From contig CM059440.1 in NCBI GenBank assembly GCA_030390025.1, positions 65,720,001 to 65,784,000 on the forward strand: a stretch of DNA of 64,000 bases, read 5' to 3'. Shown here in pieces: positions 24,658 through 35,660 of the stretch. The first letter of the stretch is position 1. Every line of letters starts with the position of its first letter. The notes under the pieces are model-generated. The model was not told where the DNA came from and made no database searches. It was given only the letters and a program-made list of their open reading frames with translations. The position numbers and the translations under genes were made by a program. Source of the DNA: Squalus acanthias. Its lineage: Eukaryota.

Positions 24658-25101
24658 GCACCAGCCCCTGTCTGGGTGGGGATCCCAGCGCACCAGCCCC
24701 TGTCTGGGTGGGGATCCCAGCGCACCAGCCCCTGTCTGGGTGGGGATCCCAGCGCACCAGCCCCTGTCTGGGTGGGGATCCCAGCGCACCAGCCCGTCTG
24801 GGTGGGGATCCCAGCGCACCAGCCCCTGTCTGGGTGGGGATCCCAGCGCACCAGCCCGTCTGGGTGGGGATCCCAGCGCACCAGCCCCTGTCTGGGTGGG
24901 GATCCCAGCGCACCAGCCCCTGTCTGGGTGGAGATCCCAGCGCACCAGCCCCTGTCTGGGTGGGGATCCCAGCGCACCAGCCCCTGTCTGGGTGGGGATC
25001 CCAGCGCACCAGCCCCTGTCTGGGTGGGGATCCCAGCGCACCAGCCCCTGTCTGGGTGGGGATCCCAGCGCACCAGCCCCTGTCTGGGTGGGGATCCCAG
25101 C
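24658..25101. repeat. 32-bp minisatellite, ~14 copies
   Basis: Unit gcaccagcccctgtctgggtggggatcccagc; two copies lack 2 bp. Confidence 0.97.
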
Positions 25102-25827
25102 AACAGGATCCACAATTCTCTTGGGATCCCAGTACGAACCATCAATTGGAAATCTGTTATTCAAATATCCTGCTCAGACATTCAATTTTTTTTTTTTTTT
25201 TTAAACTTTTATATTAAAGTTATTTTCATAAAATTATTGACACAAACATTCCAGAACCACAGATGGACTTAAACAGGCTGGAAATCTTGTGTCCGCACCC
25301 GGTTGGGAATATTTTCACTTTCTGGCTGCGTTTTAAGGATTCATGTTTAAAAACATGTTGGATTGTTGCTGACTCTGGAACACGCCATTAGAACAACCCT
25401 TCACTCCTGGAAGCGTTGGCAAGCACCTCTGCCCCACCACTCTGGGCAAAAGGGTAAGAATACACAGCATCCATAAATCAAAGCTTCACTTTAAACCATT
25501 GAAGCTGCCTGTATAGCAGCATACACACTCGAACACACACAGCAAACTGCCAACCAGTACAGTTACACCAACGCTACACAGGAGCACAGATCAGTTTAAC
25601 TGGAATGTCTCCCCAAGCACACATCTGGTCTGTGCCATTGCCCCACGTGCCAAATTCAGGCAACCCTGCAATGAACTGCTTGTTGCAGTGTTTGTCTGGA
25701 TTTACTAAATTCACCTGTTTACAGACCACACCAGTTCCATTTGGCTTGGACTCGGATTGCAATTATTGAAGAGTTCCCAGTCTAATTGATCTGAGCTTTT
25801 TGAACATTACCGTTTATCACCACTTAC

Positions 25828-26611
25828 CAATGTCCTTGGTGGTGAGTCTCCGCCGGGATTTCAGGACTGGTTGAGATGCCTCAACTGAACCAGGAGGGAA
25901 GGTGATGTCTCGTCTCATCAGTGGTGGCTGCGAAGAGGGTCCGGAAATATGAGATGCAGGCATCGGGGGTCCAACTTTTTGCATCTTCATTCCTGAATGG
26001 AGAAACGGTGACTTGCTGGGTGAGGTACGGTTTTCCAATGGTCGCTGCATGGGAGCTGGGCTGGACACCTGGGAAAGATGGTTTGGCACTGACGGAGGAG
26101 TTTGGTAGGTGGACTGTGATGGCCTTGTGATCGGGGGAAGAGGAGCAGAGGGGGTGAATGATGGCTGGCGTTGGGAAGCCCACTGTCCTTCATGGTTCAT
26201 TCTCTGATCAGGTCCCATCATCTCCTCGGAACGATTCATGCTGTGATATCCTGGAGCTTGTGGTGGGGCCCCAGGACCTTGCCGGTTTGGGTAGTTGTAA
26301 GCCATGTCATTTCGTCCCGGCCACACCGTTCCCTGTGGTCCTTCAGGAGGAGACTGCAATGGACCTCCTATCATCTGTGGGGGCACAGGCTGCTGAGTGG
26401 CTGAGCCAGGAGGACCTTGCATTCTCTCTCTGCCGTACTGAAATGGAAACTGATTCTGCACCGGCCGGCGATCGGTACCAGGATAGGCATTGCTGTATTG
26501 GTTATACAAATCTTGCTGAGACTGCTGGGTCGTGTAGGGCATTCCATACATTTCACCTTCGTGCCGCTTGGCTGGAGGACCGTAAGTCCCATCCATCTGT
26601 CGTTTGAAGTT
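25828..26611 (-). CDS. ARID1A: ARID1A exon 18
   Basis: gtcag|[22 protein letters not shown]...[30 protein letters not shown]|gtaagt; 784 nt. Confidence 0.96.
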
Positions 26612-27068
26612 CTGACAAAAATTAAGAGAATGCTCAGATTTCTTAAACTCCTACAAATAAAAGTATGAGGATAATACTAGCCGGATATTTAAAAAGGAAC
26701 AGGGAGTTGAGCTTTGTCAGAGAGGTCATTTAATGCAGTACCCTCACCCCGCTGACAACTTGTTTTGCTTTAGGAGGCTGGCTGCGAGTACAACAGGCCT
26801 CAGTACCTCTGGGTTTGGGGGAGGAGGAATTGGACCGCTCCCGATAACCACTCACTGACCCAGCCTCCATGGAAATGCCTAATGTTTACACAGATGGAAG
26901 ACAGGATTGGGTTTGGCCAGGTTTTCTCTCATGGTTAATTCGCTTGCTGCACTCACCCATGAATAATGGCCATTTAGTGGTTTATTAGATAGAGGACTGC
27001 CAGCACCTGTGCAACTGCGTCCCAAGAGCAGTTATGCCTCACGTATCAAAGCTGTGCTACACCTAAAT

Positions 27069-27935
27069 TAGAAACATAGGAACAGGAGCAGGCCATTCAG
27101 CCCCTCGAGCCTGTTCCACCATTCAATTAGATCATGGCTGATCTCTACCTCAACCCCATTTACCTGCCTTTGATCCATATCCCTTGATACCCTTTACCCA
27201 ACAAAACTCTATTGATTTCAGTCTTGAAAATTTCAATTGACCCAGCATCCACAGTCTTTTGGGGGAAAGAGAGTTCCACATTTCCACTACCCATAGTGTG
27301 GAAAAAGTGCTTCCTGATTTCACTCCTGAACGACCTAGCTCTAATTTGAAAATTATGCCCTTTTGTTCTGGACTTCCCCCACCATATGAAATAGTTTCTC
27401 TGTATCTACTCTATCGAATCCTTTTATCACTTTAAATAACTCAATCAAATCAGCCCTCAACCTTCTAAACTCAAGGGAATACAAGCCATGTTTATGCAAC
27501 CTGTCCTCATAACTCTTGAAGCCCTGATATCAGTTTGATGAATCTGTGCTGCACCCCCTCCAAGGTCAATATATCCTTCCTGAGGTGCGGTGCCCAGAAC
27601 TGAATGCAATAATCCAGGTGGGGTCTGAACAAGGCTCTGTACAACTGAAGTACAACTTCCTCTCCTTTGTAATCCAACTTCTGAGATAAAGGCCAACATT
27701 TTATTACTGTTTCTACCTCTGTACTAGCTTTTAGTGATGTGTGTACCTGGGCACCTAAATCTCTTTGCTCCACCACAATCTCTTTGCTCCTCTCCAGCAT
27801 CTAGTCTCTCGCCATTAATAAAATATTCCCATTTGCCTTTCTCAGATCCAAAGTGGATGACCTCACACTTTCCCCACATTGAAATCCATCTGCCATAGTT
27901 TTGCCCACTCATTTAGTCTGTCTATGTCCCTTTGT
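27069..27935 (-). mobile_element. CR1 LINE 3' fragment
   Basis: KCEVIHFG, LYRALFRPHLDYCIQFWAPHLRKDI. Confidence 0.9.
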
Positions 27936-28373
27936 GATTGTAGAGAACTCCAGAATAGATTGAAATGGGTGGAAATATATACCCAACTCAAACACCCCTC
28001 AATTCCAGCACAGAAATCCAGCATTAATGCATTAACTAGTGACTAGTCTTGCTGAATGCAGGTCTGGTTATACTGGTCCAGCCTGGCTCTGTTTATACTA
28101 CAACACAGTCAGGGACAGTTAATAGATTTTCTCTCGTTCACTAAAAGCTGTAATCGACTTCTGGTTCTCAATATTTAAGCAACGACACTGAAATCCACAA
28201 ACAGGAACACCAGCTACTGCACATAATAGGATTCAACTGTTCCAACAAACATCAATGTTTTAAAACAGGAACCGCTTGGTTGAGGCTGGCCAGGCCCCAC
28301 ACCTTGCTGGCTTCTTTTGGGAGGGAGTTAGAGCACCACGTGTGTTATCTGCCCAACACCCCATGCCACTTAC

Positions 28374-28473
28374 CTGCTGTTGCTGCTGTGGAAACATTCC
28401 AGGTTGCTGGTTCGAATATGACTGCGCAGCCGGAACGCCCTGTCCAGGGTACTGGTTTCCATAAGGATCGTGC
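28374..28473 (-). CDS. ARID1A: ARID1A exon 17
   Basis: actag|(R)HDPYGNQYPGQG...PQQQQQ|gtaagt; 100 nt, phase consistent. Confidence 0.9.
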
Positions 28474-28594
28474 CTAGTATTATGGTATGAGGTTGGTGAG
28501 AGGAGAACATCAAATTTAGTAGCTGCAGGCATTTAGATTCTATTGTGACAACAGCCTCATACGACAATTTTCCATTTGACCTGTCAGTAACAGT

Positions 28595-28670
28595 TGGCCC
28601 GGAGCCGCTGGTGGGAGCGCGGTGGCCCGGAGCCGCTGGTGGGAGCGCGGTGGCCCGGAGCCGCTGGTGG
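28595..28670. repeat. 28-bp GC-rich tandem repeat, ~2.7 copies
   Basis: Unit tggcccggagccgctggtgggagcgcgg. Confidence 0.9.
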
Positions 28671-29109
28671 ACCCACCTTTAGAGTAATGGCTCTGCTGGG
28701 AAGGAACCGCGAGGAAGGAAAAGATCTCCAATCAACACAGTTTCCAAACCTTCAACCCCAAGCTGAAATATCTAGGCTGATACACGAGTCTGTGTTTGGG
28801 TTGAGCCCCCCCCCAGGTAAACCTGTGCCAGTTTGACACGGAGATCTGAATCAGTCCCCAATACCAATGGTTCACATTTGTTTGGCAAAAATACCAACTG
28901 AGGCTGTTAAATAATCAAACGCAGAACTAAAGATGCAGCAACACATCAGCTCTGCTCCAATTACTGGCTCTCCCTCGAGTTACACAAATTATCTACAAAC
29001 TGGAATACATTCTGCAGAGATTTATTGTAAAAAAAAACATTCTGAAGTTAGACACAAAACTTCCAGCTTTCCGAGATGGGTGAAGTGAAGCGTTCTGATC
29101 CACACTTAC

Positions 29110-29229
29110 CGCTGCTGTCCCGGATAGCGGTTTGGAGAGTACATCCCGGAATCTGCATTCACTGGCACCACACTAGGCTGTGCTGTCGCCGGTCCCAAAG
29201 TCCCCTCTGGGCCCATCCCATGTTCAGAC
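29110..29229 (-). CDS. ARID1A: ARID1A exon 16
   Basis: ttcag|(R)SEHGMGPEG...DSGMYSPNRYPGQQR|gtaagt; 120 nt. Confidence 0.92.
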
Positions 29230-29977
29230 CTGAAGAAATGGAGGTGGGGAAGGAAAGAGCAAGATGAATGAAACACGGAAAACAGAGTGCTGTGAACCTC
29301 CACCGCCACCTGACCACATCAAAGGAGTTGAAGCCCACACCTCTGGCAGAATACCCAGCAGTCCTAACAGCTGCTATTGGAGGCAACACAAGGCCGAGCT
29401 TCACCTTATTGAACCCCGTAAGCAACAGGAGGCACAGTGCAATAAGTAAAGGAAAAGAGGCACCTATAGGTGGTGTCTCCAGGCCACTCTCCCACCACCC
29501 TGTATGGTGGTGAAATGTCCATCCTGTTCCCTTTTGTTTGTTTGACATTGGCCTCGTGTATGAGCAGCAGTGGCCTACAGAATAAAACCAGAGACATTAG
29601 GCTGTGCAACTCGTGAGCCCAAGTACATTGTGCGGTCAGCTTCCAGGATCCTGTACTCCCATCACATCAACCTGGCCACTGCCGCATCTCTCAGATCTAC
29701 AAACTGAGGCATTGCTCTGGTACCAAAAGGTGAACAAGCACACAGCTGGGTTCTTCAGCTCAATTTTGTTCTTAAAGTGTAAGGGATGATATTTTCCTTC
29801 AAGCTCAGGTGGGTGCTGCGCAGACAGTTGGAGACCCCCATGTGTACGCCAATTTGAAGTTGGGTCGCAGGGCTCACAACCATTTCCTACACCACACAAC
29901 TGTCTGAAAACTGTTCAGCTCACCTCCCTAATTGTGCAACTGCCATGCCACAACACACCAAAGCAATAATTTCTCCG

Positions 29978-30165
29978 TGTAATACACCTCCTTTTATAAT
30001 CTAACCCTGTGTAATACACGCCCCCTTACAATATAGCCCCATGTGATACACACACAGCACAATATAACCCCATGTGATACACTCCCCCCTTACAATATAA
30101 CCCCATGTGATACAGTCCTTACTACCCCTGTGTTATACATAATACCTTTTATAATCATGGTGATA
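29978..30165. repeat. Degenerate ~31-bp tandem repeat
   Basis: Recurring caatataaccccatgtgatacac. Confidence 0.7.
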
Positions 30166-30285
30166 CACATGCAGCCTTTGCAATATAATCCCAATTAATA
30201 TACGCACAAAGCAATACAATATACACTTTGTAAAGTGAATCAAAGCTCTAGCGGGATGTTAGACCTGAATTTGGGAGATTTATTG

Positions 30286-31817
30286 ATGTATCCCAGGCTG
30301 TTAAGCGAAGCAAAAGAGGAAATAGCAGAGGTCTTGACCATCATTTTTCAATCCTCTCTGGCTTCAGGTGTGGTGCCAGAGGACTGCTAATGTGGTACCC
30401 TTGTTTAAAAAGGGAGAAAAGGATAGACCGAGTAATTACAGGCCAGTCAGCCTAACCTCGGTGGTGGGAAAATTATTGGAAAGAATTCTGAAGGACAGGA
30501 TAAATCTTCATTTAGAAAGACACGGATTAATCAAGGATAGTCAGCACGGATTTGTTAAGGGAAGGTCATGTCTGACAAACTTGACTGAATTTTTTGAGGA
30601 AGTAACAAGGGGGGTAGATGAGGGTAGTGCGTTTGATGTAGTGTATATGGACTTTAGCAAGGCTTTTGATAAGGTTCCACATGGCAGACTGGTCACGAAG
30701 TTAAAAGCCCATGGGATCCAGGGCAAAGTGTCAAGTTGGATTCAAAACTGGCTCAGAGACAGGAAGCAGAGGGTAATGCTTGATGGGTGTTTTTGTGACG
30801 GGAAGGCTGTTTCCAGTGGGGTTCCACAGGGCTCAGTACTAGGTCCCTTGCTTTTTGTGGTATATATCAATGATCTTAACTTGAATATAGGGGGTATGAT
30901 TAAGAAGTTTGCAGATGATACTAAAATCGGCTGTGTGGTTGATACTGCAGAAGGAAGCTGTAGACTGCAGGAAGATATCAATAAATTGGTCAGGTGGGCA
31001 CAACAGTGGCAAATGGAATTCAATCCGGAGAAGTGTGAGGTAATGCATTTGGGGAGGGCTAACAAGGAAAGGGAATACACACTAAATGGTAGGATACTGA
31101 GTAGTGTAGAGGAACAAAGGAACCTTGGAGTGCATGTCCACAGATCCCTGAAGGTAGCAGACCAAGTAGATAAGGTGGTTAAGGCGGCATACGGAATGCT
31201 TGCCTTTATTAGCCATGGCATAGAATACAAGAGCAGGGGGTTTATGCTTCAACTGTATAAAACACTAGTGAGGCCTCAGCTAGAGTACTGCAGTTCTGGT
31301 CACCACATTACAGGAAAGATGCGATTGCACTAGAGAGGGTACAGAGGAGATTTACAAGGATGTTGCCGGGAGTAGAGAATCTTAGCTATGAGGAAAGACT
31401 GGGTCTGGATTCCTTGGAACAGAGGAGGCTGAGGGGAGACCTTATTGAGGTGTATAAAATTATGAGGGGCATAGATAAAGTGGATAGAAAGGACTTATTT
31501 CCCTTAGCAGAGGGGTCAAAAACCAGGGGGCACAGATTTTAATAATTGGGGGAAGGTTTAGATGGGATTTGAGGGGGAATTTCTTCACCCAGAGGGTTGT
31601 GGGGGTCTGGAACTCACTGCCTGAAAGGGTGGTAGAGGCAGGAACCCTAACCACATTTTAAAAAGTACTTGGATGTGCACTTGGGATGCTCTAACCTGCA
31701 GGGCTACAGACCAAGAGCTGGGAAGTGGGATTAGGCTGGATAGCTCTTTGTTGGCCGGCGCGGATACAATGGGCCGAAATGGCCTCCATCCGTGCTGTAA
31801 CTTTCTATGATTCTATG
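30286..31817 (+). mobile_element. CR1 LINE, 5'-truncated, RT domain frame largely intact
   Basis: ORF 30368-31333 has [41 protein letters not shown]; tail ttctatgattctatga. Confidence 0.95.
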
Positions 31818-31965
31818 AAAAGATCAATATTTATTCCTTACAACATCTTTTCCCAAATCTTTGACTGCTTTCAGTGCCATCCTGTCAAATGAACTGGATA
31901 AAACCTACAATTGAACTGATTTAGAGGGGAACCAGACAAGTAAGTTTACTGTGGATGTGAAGGCT

Positions 31966-32581
31966 ACATAAGAACACAAGAAATAGGATCAGGAGTAGGC
32001 CATTCGGCCCTTCGAGCCTGCTCTGCTATTCAATGAGATCATGGCTGATCTTCTGCTTCAATTCCATTCACCGGCCCTATTGCCATATCCCTTGATGCCC
32101 TTACTAGTCAGAAATCTATCGACTTCTGTTTTGAATATACCCAATGACTGATCCGCCACAGCCCTCTGGGGTAGAGAATTCCAAAGATTCACCACCCTCT
32201 GCGTGAAGAAATTTCTTCTCATCTCAGTCCTGAATGGCCTACCCTTTATCCAGAGGCTGTGGCCCCTCGTTCTAGACTCCCCAGCCAAGGGAAACGTTCT
32301 CCCAGCATCCACCCTATCAAGCCCTGAAATAATTTTGTATGCTTCAATGAGATCCCCTCTCATTCTTCTGAATTCAAGAGAATACAGGCCTAGTTTACTC
32401 AATCTCTTCTCATACGACAATCCCGCCATCCCAGGAATCAATCTCGTGAACCTTCGTTGCACTCCCTCTATGGCAAGTATATCCTTCCTTAGGTAAGGAG
32501 ACCAAAATTGTACTCCAGGTGTGGTCTCACCAAGGCCCTATATAATTGGAATAAGACTTCCTTACTCCTGTACTCAAATCA
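31966..32581 (-). mobile_element. CR1 LINE 3' fragment
   Basis: ORF 32058-32462 QRRFTRLIPGMAGLSYEKRL...RVVNLWNSLP. Confidence 0.92.
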
Positions 32582-33223
32582 TACATGTTCCATTGAAAGC
32601 CCTTCGTCTGGGTCCCTTCTAAACAGCATGCTGAATGTTTTACCTTTCACCCCTCATCCACGCTGAACAAGTCTTGACCCAGCAGCTCTGCACAGCCAAA
32701 TAGGTAGAGCTGAACTAACCAACTAAAATGGTCCCTGCACTCCAGCCACAACACCAGTAACCAATTGTTTTCTTGCTGCTTGCAAAAGACTGGACGACTG
32801 CTAACATTGTGCCATTGTTTAAAAAGGGAGAATGGGATAGACCGAGTAATTACAGGCCAGTCGGCCTAACCTCAGTGATGGGAAAATTATTGGAAAAAAT
32901 TCTGAGGGACAGTATAAAATAATTTAGAAAGTCATGGATTAATCAAGGACAGTCAGCATGGATTTGTTAAGGGAAGGTCGTGTCCGAGTCTAACTTGATT
33001 GAGTTTGCAGATGATACAAAAATTGGCTGTGTAATTGATAGTGAGGAAGATAGTTGTAGACTGCAGGAAGATACCAATGGACTGGTCAGGTGGCAGAACA
33101 GTGACAAATGGAATTCAATCCGGAGAAGTGTGAGGTAATGCTTTTGGGAAGGGCTAACAAGGCAAGGGAAAAATGTGAGAAGTCGCACAACACCAGGTTA
33201 TAGTCCAACAGCTTTATGTGAAA

Positions 33224-33260
33224 TCACAAGCTTTCGGAGCGCTGCTCCTTCGTCAGGTGA
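33224..33260 (-). ncRNA. Minimal hammerhead ribozyme motif (sense to ARID1A pre-mRNA)
   Basis: Reverse strand tcac-CTGACGA-a-ggagc(agc)gctcc-GAAA-gctt-gtga. Confidence 0.65.
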
Positions 33261-33530
33261 AGTGAAGAGATGCATATAGACACAGCATATATAGTCAGAG
33301 AACACTGCCAGATGAAAAAGTTTTTTGTTTTCCATACAGACCCCAGCATCTGCCACATTGTCTTTGATGTAATGTTTTCCTGACTGACCTGTTTGGACAC
33401 CATCCACACCTTTGATTGCCGTGATTATCTCTCTGCCGAGGTGTGATAAAGGGCAGTTGGAAAGATTAACTGTAATCATCTGGCAGTGTTCTCTGACTAT
33501 ATATGCTGTGCCTATATGCATCTCTTCACT

Positions 33531-33567
33531 TCACCTGACGAAGGAGCAGCGCTCCGAAAGCTTGTGA
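33531..33567 (+). ncRNA. Minimal hammerhead ribozyme motif
   Basis: tcac-CTGACGA-a-ggagc(agc)gctcc-GAAA-gctt-gtga; stem I tcac/gtga, palindromic AAGCTT stem III. Confidence 0.65.
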
Positions 33568-34168
33568 TTTCAAATAAAGCTGTTGGACTATAACCTGGTG
33601 TTGTGCGACTTCTCATATTTGTCCACCCCAGTCCAACACCGGCATCTCCACATCAAGGCAAGGGAATGCACAGTAAATGGTAGGATACTGAGAAATGTAG
33701 AGGAACAGAGAACAGAGTGCATATGCACAGATCCCTGAAGGTAGCAGGACAAGTAGATAAGGTGGTTAAAGAAGGCATACGGGATTCTTTCCTTTAATAG
33801 CCGAAGCATAGAATAAGAGCCGGGAGGCTATGCTAGAACTGTATAAACCACTAGTTAGGCCGCAGCTGTGTCAGTGAATAATTGAGCAACTGACTGATCT
33901 AACAGGAGCAAATGAGAAACACCTAATCACTTGTGCTAATTTAAATCTTGGTTTATCCATTTACCTTCGGTTACTTGTAACTGACTCAGAATAAATAGAG
34001 ATCTGATCCCAGCACAAACGGTCAATGGGCCAAACCATTCACTCCAGCTTTATAGATTAAAGGCATCAAGTGTAACCCTGATTATCCTTAAGTTTATAGA
34101 AATGTTGATCCAAGCAGAATATTTTAGGTTTAGCTCATTCCAACTTTCGGAATTCTGTTCAGACCTAC

Positions 34169-34304
34169 CTCCTCTCAAATCCAGATCCGTATGCATACTG
34201 CTGCCGCTGCCCCATACCTGTTGCAGGAGGGCGACTGTAAGGGTCTCCCATTCCAGTATTGGAAGCAGGTCCGGGAGACATGAAAGGGTCAGTCCCAGGA
34301 GCTG
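34169..34304 (-). CDS. ARID1A: ARID1A exon 15 (tandem CAGCAG acceptor: boundary 34304 or 34301)
   Basis: (A)APGTDPFMSPG...GDPYSR...YAYGSGFERR|gtaggt. Confidence 0.9.
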
Positions 34305-34454
34305 CTGGAAGAGAGACGCATTTCACTACATTACAATACAAACACCTCCCCAAAATAATGGCAAGAAAGCTTTTGGCCAATAAGTCAAATTTACTGACCA
34401 AGTCATAAAAAGTTTACATTTCAAGACATAGTTTTAAAAACGAACTATTTCTAC

Positions 34455-34627
34455 CTTTCCTCATCCCACCAAATGGATCCTTGTTCGGCTCGTATGACAT
34501 GCGGGCCATTAAATCTGTGGTGTTCATGCCGGGTGGATACGCAGGGCTTTGAGTCACAGCGGTCCTCTTTTGGAAAGCTGGGTCACTGCTGTCTGCAAAC
34601 GGATCCTGGACACTCACAGAGTTGCTC
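34455..34627 (-). CDS. ARID1A: ARID1A exon 14
   Basis: ttcag|(R)[21 protein letters not shown]...[15 protein letters not shown]|gtagaa; 173 nt. Confidence 0.92.
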
Positions 34628-35132
34628 CTGAATTTTAATACAGCATGTTAGACAGGTGTAAATCATTTGCAAGATGGCAATCCCTTCCTACCAACAATTG
34701 ACACAACTAAATAACATTAGTTAGAAATGTGGGGGAGGAAGCATCACAAAGCAACCAGCTCCTCAGCTGGATGGTCACAGGTTCCATTCCATTGGCTGCC
34801 CATCTCTCAAACCAGCCGATTACACCTGGCACCAGTGCGGCATAAAACCAGTCCGCTCAGTTTTACCTTCTTTCTTTGCTCATGGTCCGATCATCCCCAT
34901 ATCTTCCTCAGAGTTCCCTGCTCGATCTGATACCAGCCCCTCCCCCCACCATCCCTTTCTTTGGGTACAAACCCTAGGCAGTGAGTGAAGCAACAACTGA
35001 AGTGAAGACAACTCCATCATTACTGTAGTCAGCCCACAATCAACACAGTCCCAGGAAATTAGATGCATTGAGAATTTAGCCGCAATTATTCACCATGAAC
35101 TGGTGCACCTTTTACATGACAGTTGGGTTTAC

Positions 35133-35265
35133 CTGGAACCTGGCATTGGCTGCATATGGCTATGGGGTGTTGAGGCGGGCGTTGGTGGCTTTACATCTCC
35201 TCCCTCTGCCATCGAGCTGCTGGTGGACTGTGGGGTCTGAGGACCCTGCAGGGAACCTGAACCAG
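35133..35265 (-). CDS. ARID1A: ARID1A exon 13
   Basis: tgcag|(A)[34 protein letters not shown]...|gtaaac; 133 nt. Confidence 0.93.
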
Positions 35266-35379
35266 CTGCAAGAGAGAGACATGGCTTATGTTACCATTAT
35301 AATAGACACAATGGCCCAGAATTTCCTGAAAACTTGTGCCAATACTAGAGTGTAGTGCTGATTTATGGTGTAAATATCA

Positions 35380-35660
35380 AGGAGAGAGGAGGAGAAAAAA
35401 ACGTCGGGGGGGGGGGGGGGGGGGGGGGGGGGGGAGGAGAAGAGAAAGAAAGACAGAGGGGGAGAGAAAAAGAATGACAGGGTGGGGGGGGAGAGAAAGA
35501 AAGAAAGGGCAGAGTGGGGAGAGAGAGAAAGAAAGACAGAGACAGACGGGGGGGGGGGGGGGGGAGGAAAGAGAAAGCAAGGGGCAGGGGAGGGGGGGTG
35601 GGGGGAGAGAAAGAAAGACAGAGGGGGGGGGAGATAAAGAGAAGGGAGAGGGGGAGAGAA
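35380..35660. repeat. Polypurine/poly-G low-complexity tract
   Basis: G runs up to ~29 nt interspersed with GA-rich units. Confidence 0.95.

Larger units (their letters stand above)
33171..33653. mobile_element. Penelope-like fold-back element (145-bp inverted arms)
   Basis: Arms 33171-33315 and 33476-33620 are near-perfect reverse complements; 13-bp TSD caaggcaagggaa at 33158-33170 and 33654-33666. Confidence 0.88.
32787..33868 (+). mobile_element. CR1 RT fragment interrupted by a Penelope-like fold-back insertion
   Basis: Similar to 30380-31280 with an internal deletion; split at 33170/33654. Confidence 0.88.

Noticed and set aside
24504-25272. Six overlapping ORFs and a CRISPR-like repeat array
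   Set aside because: Head-to-tail 32-bp repeats with no unique spacers, no cas genes and a vertebrate intron context.
30368-31333. 321-aa reverse transcriptase ORF as an active or domesticated gene
   Set aside because: 5'-truncated CR1 without endonuclease or ORF1, and frameshifted near 31290.
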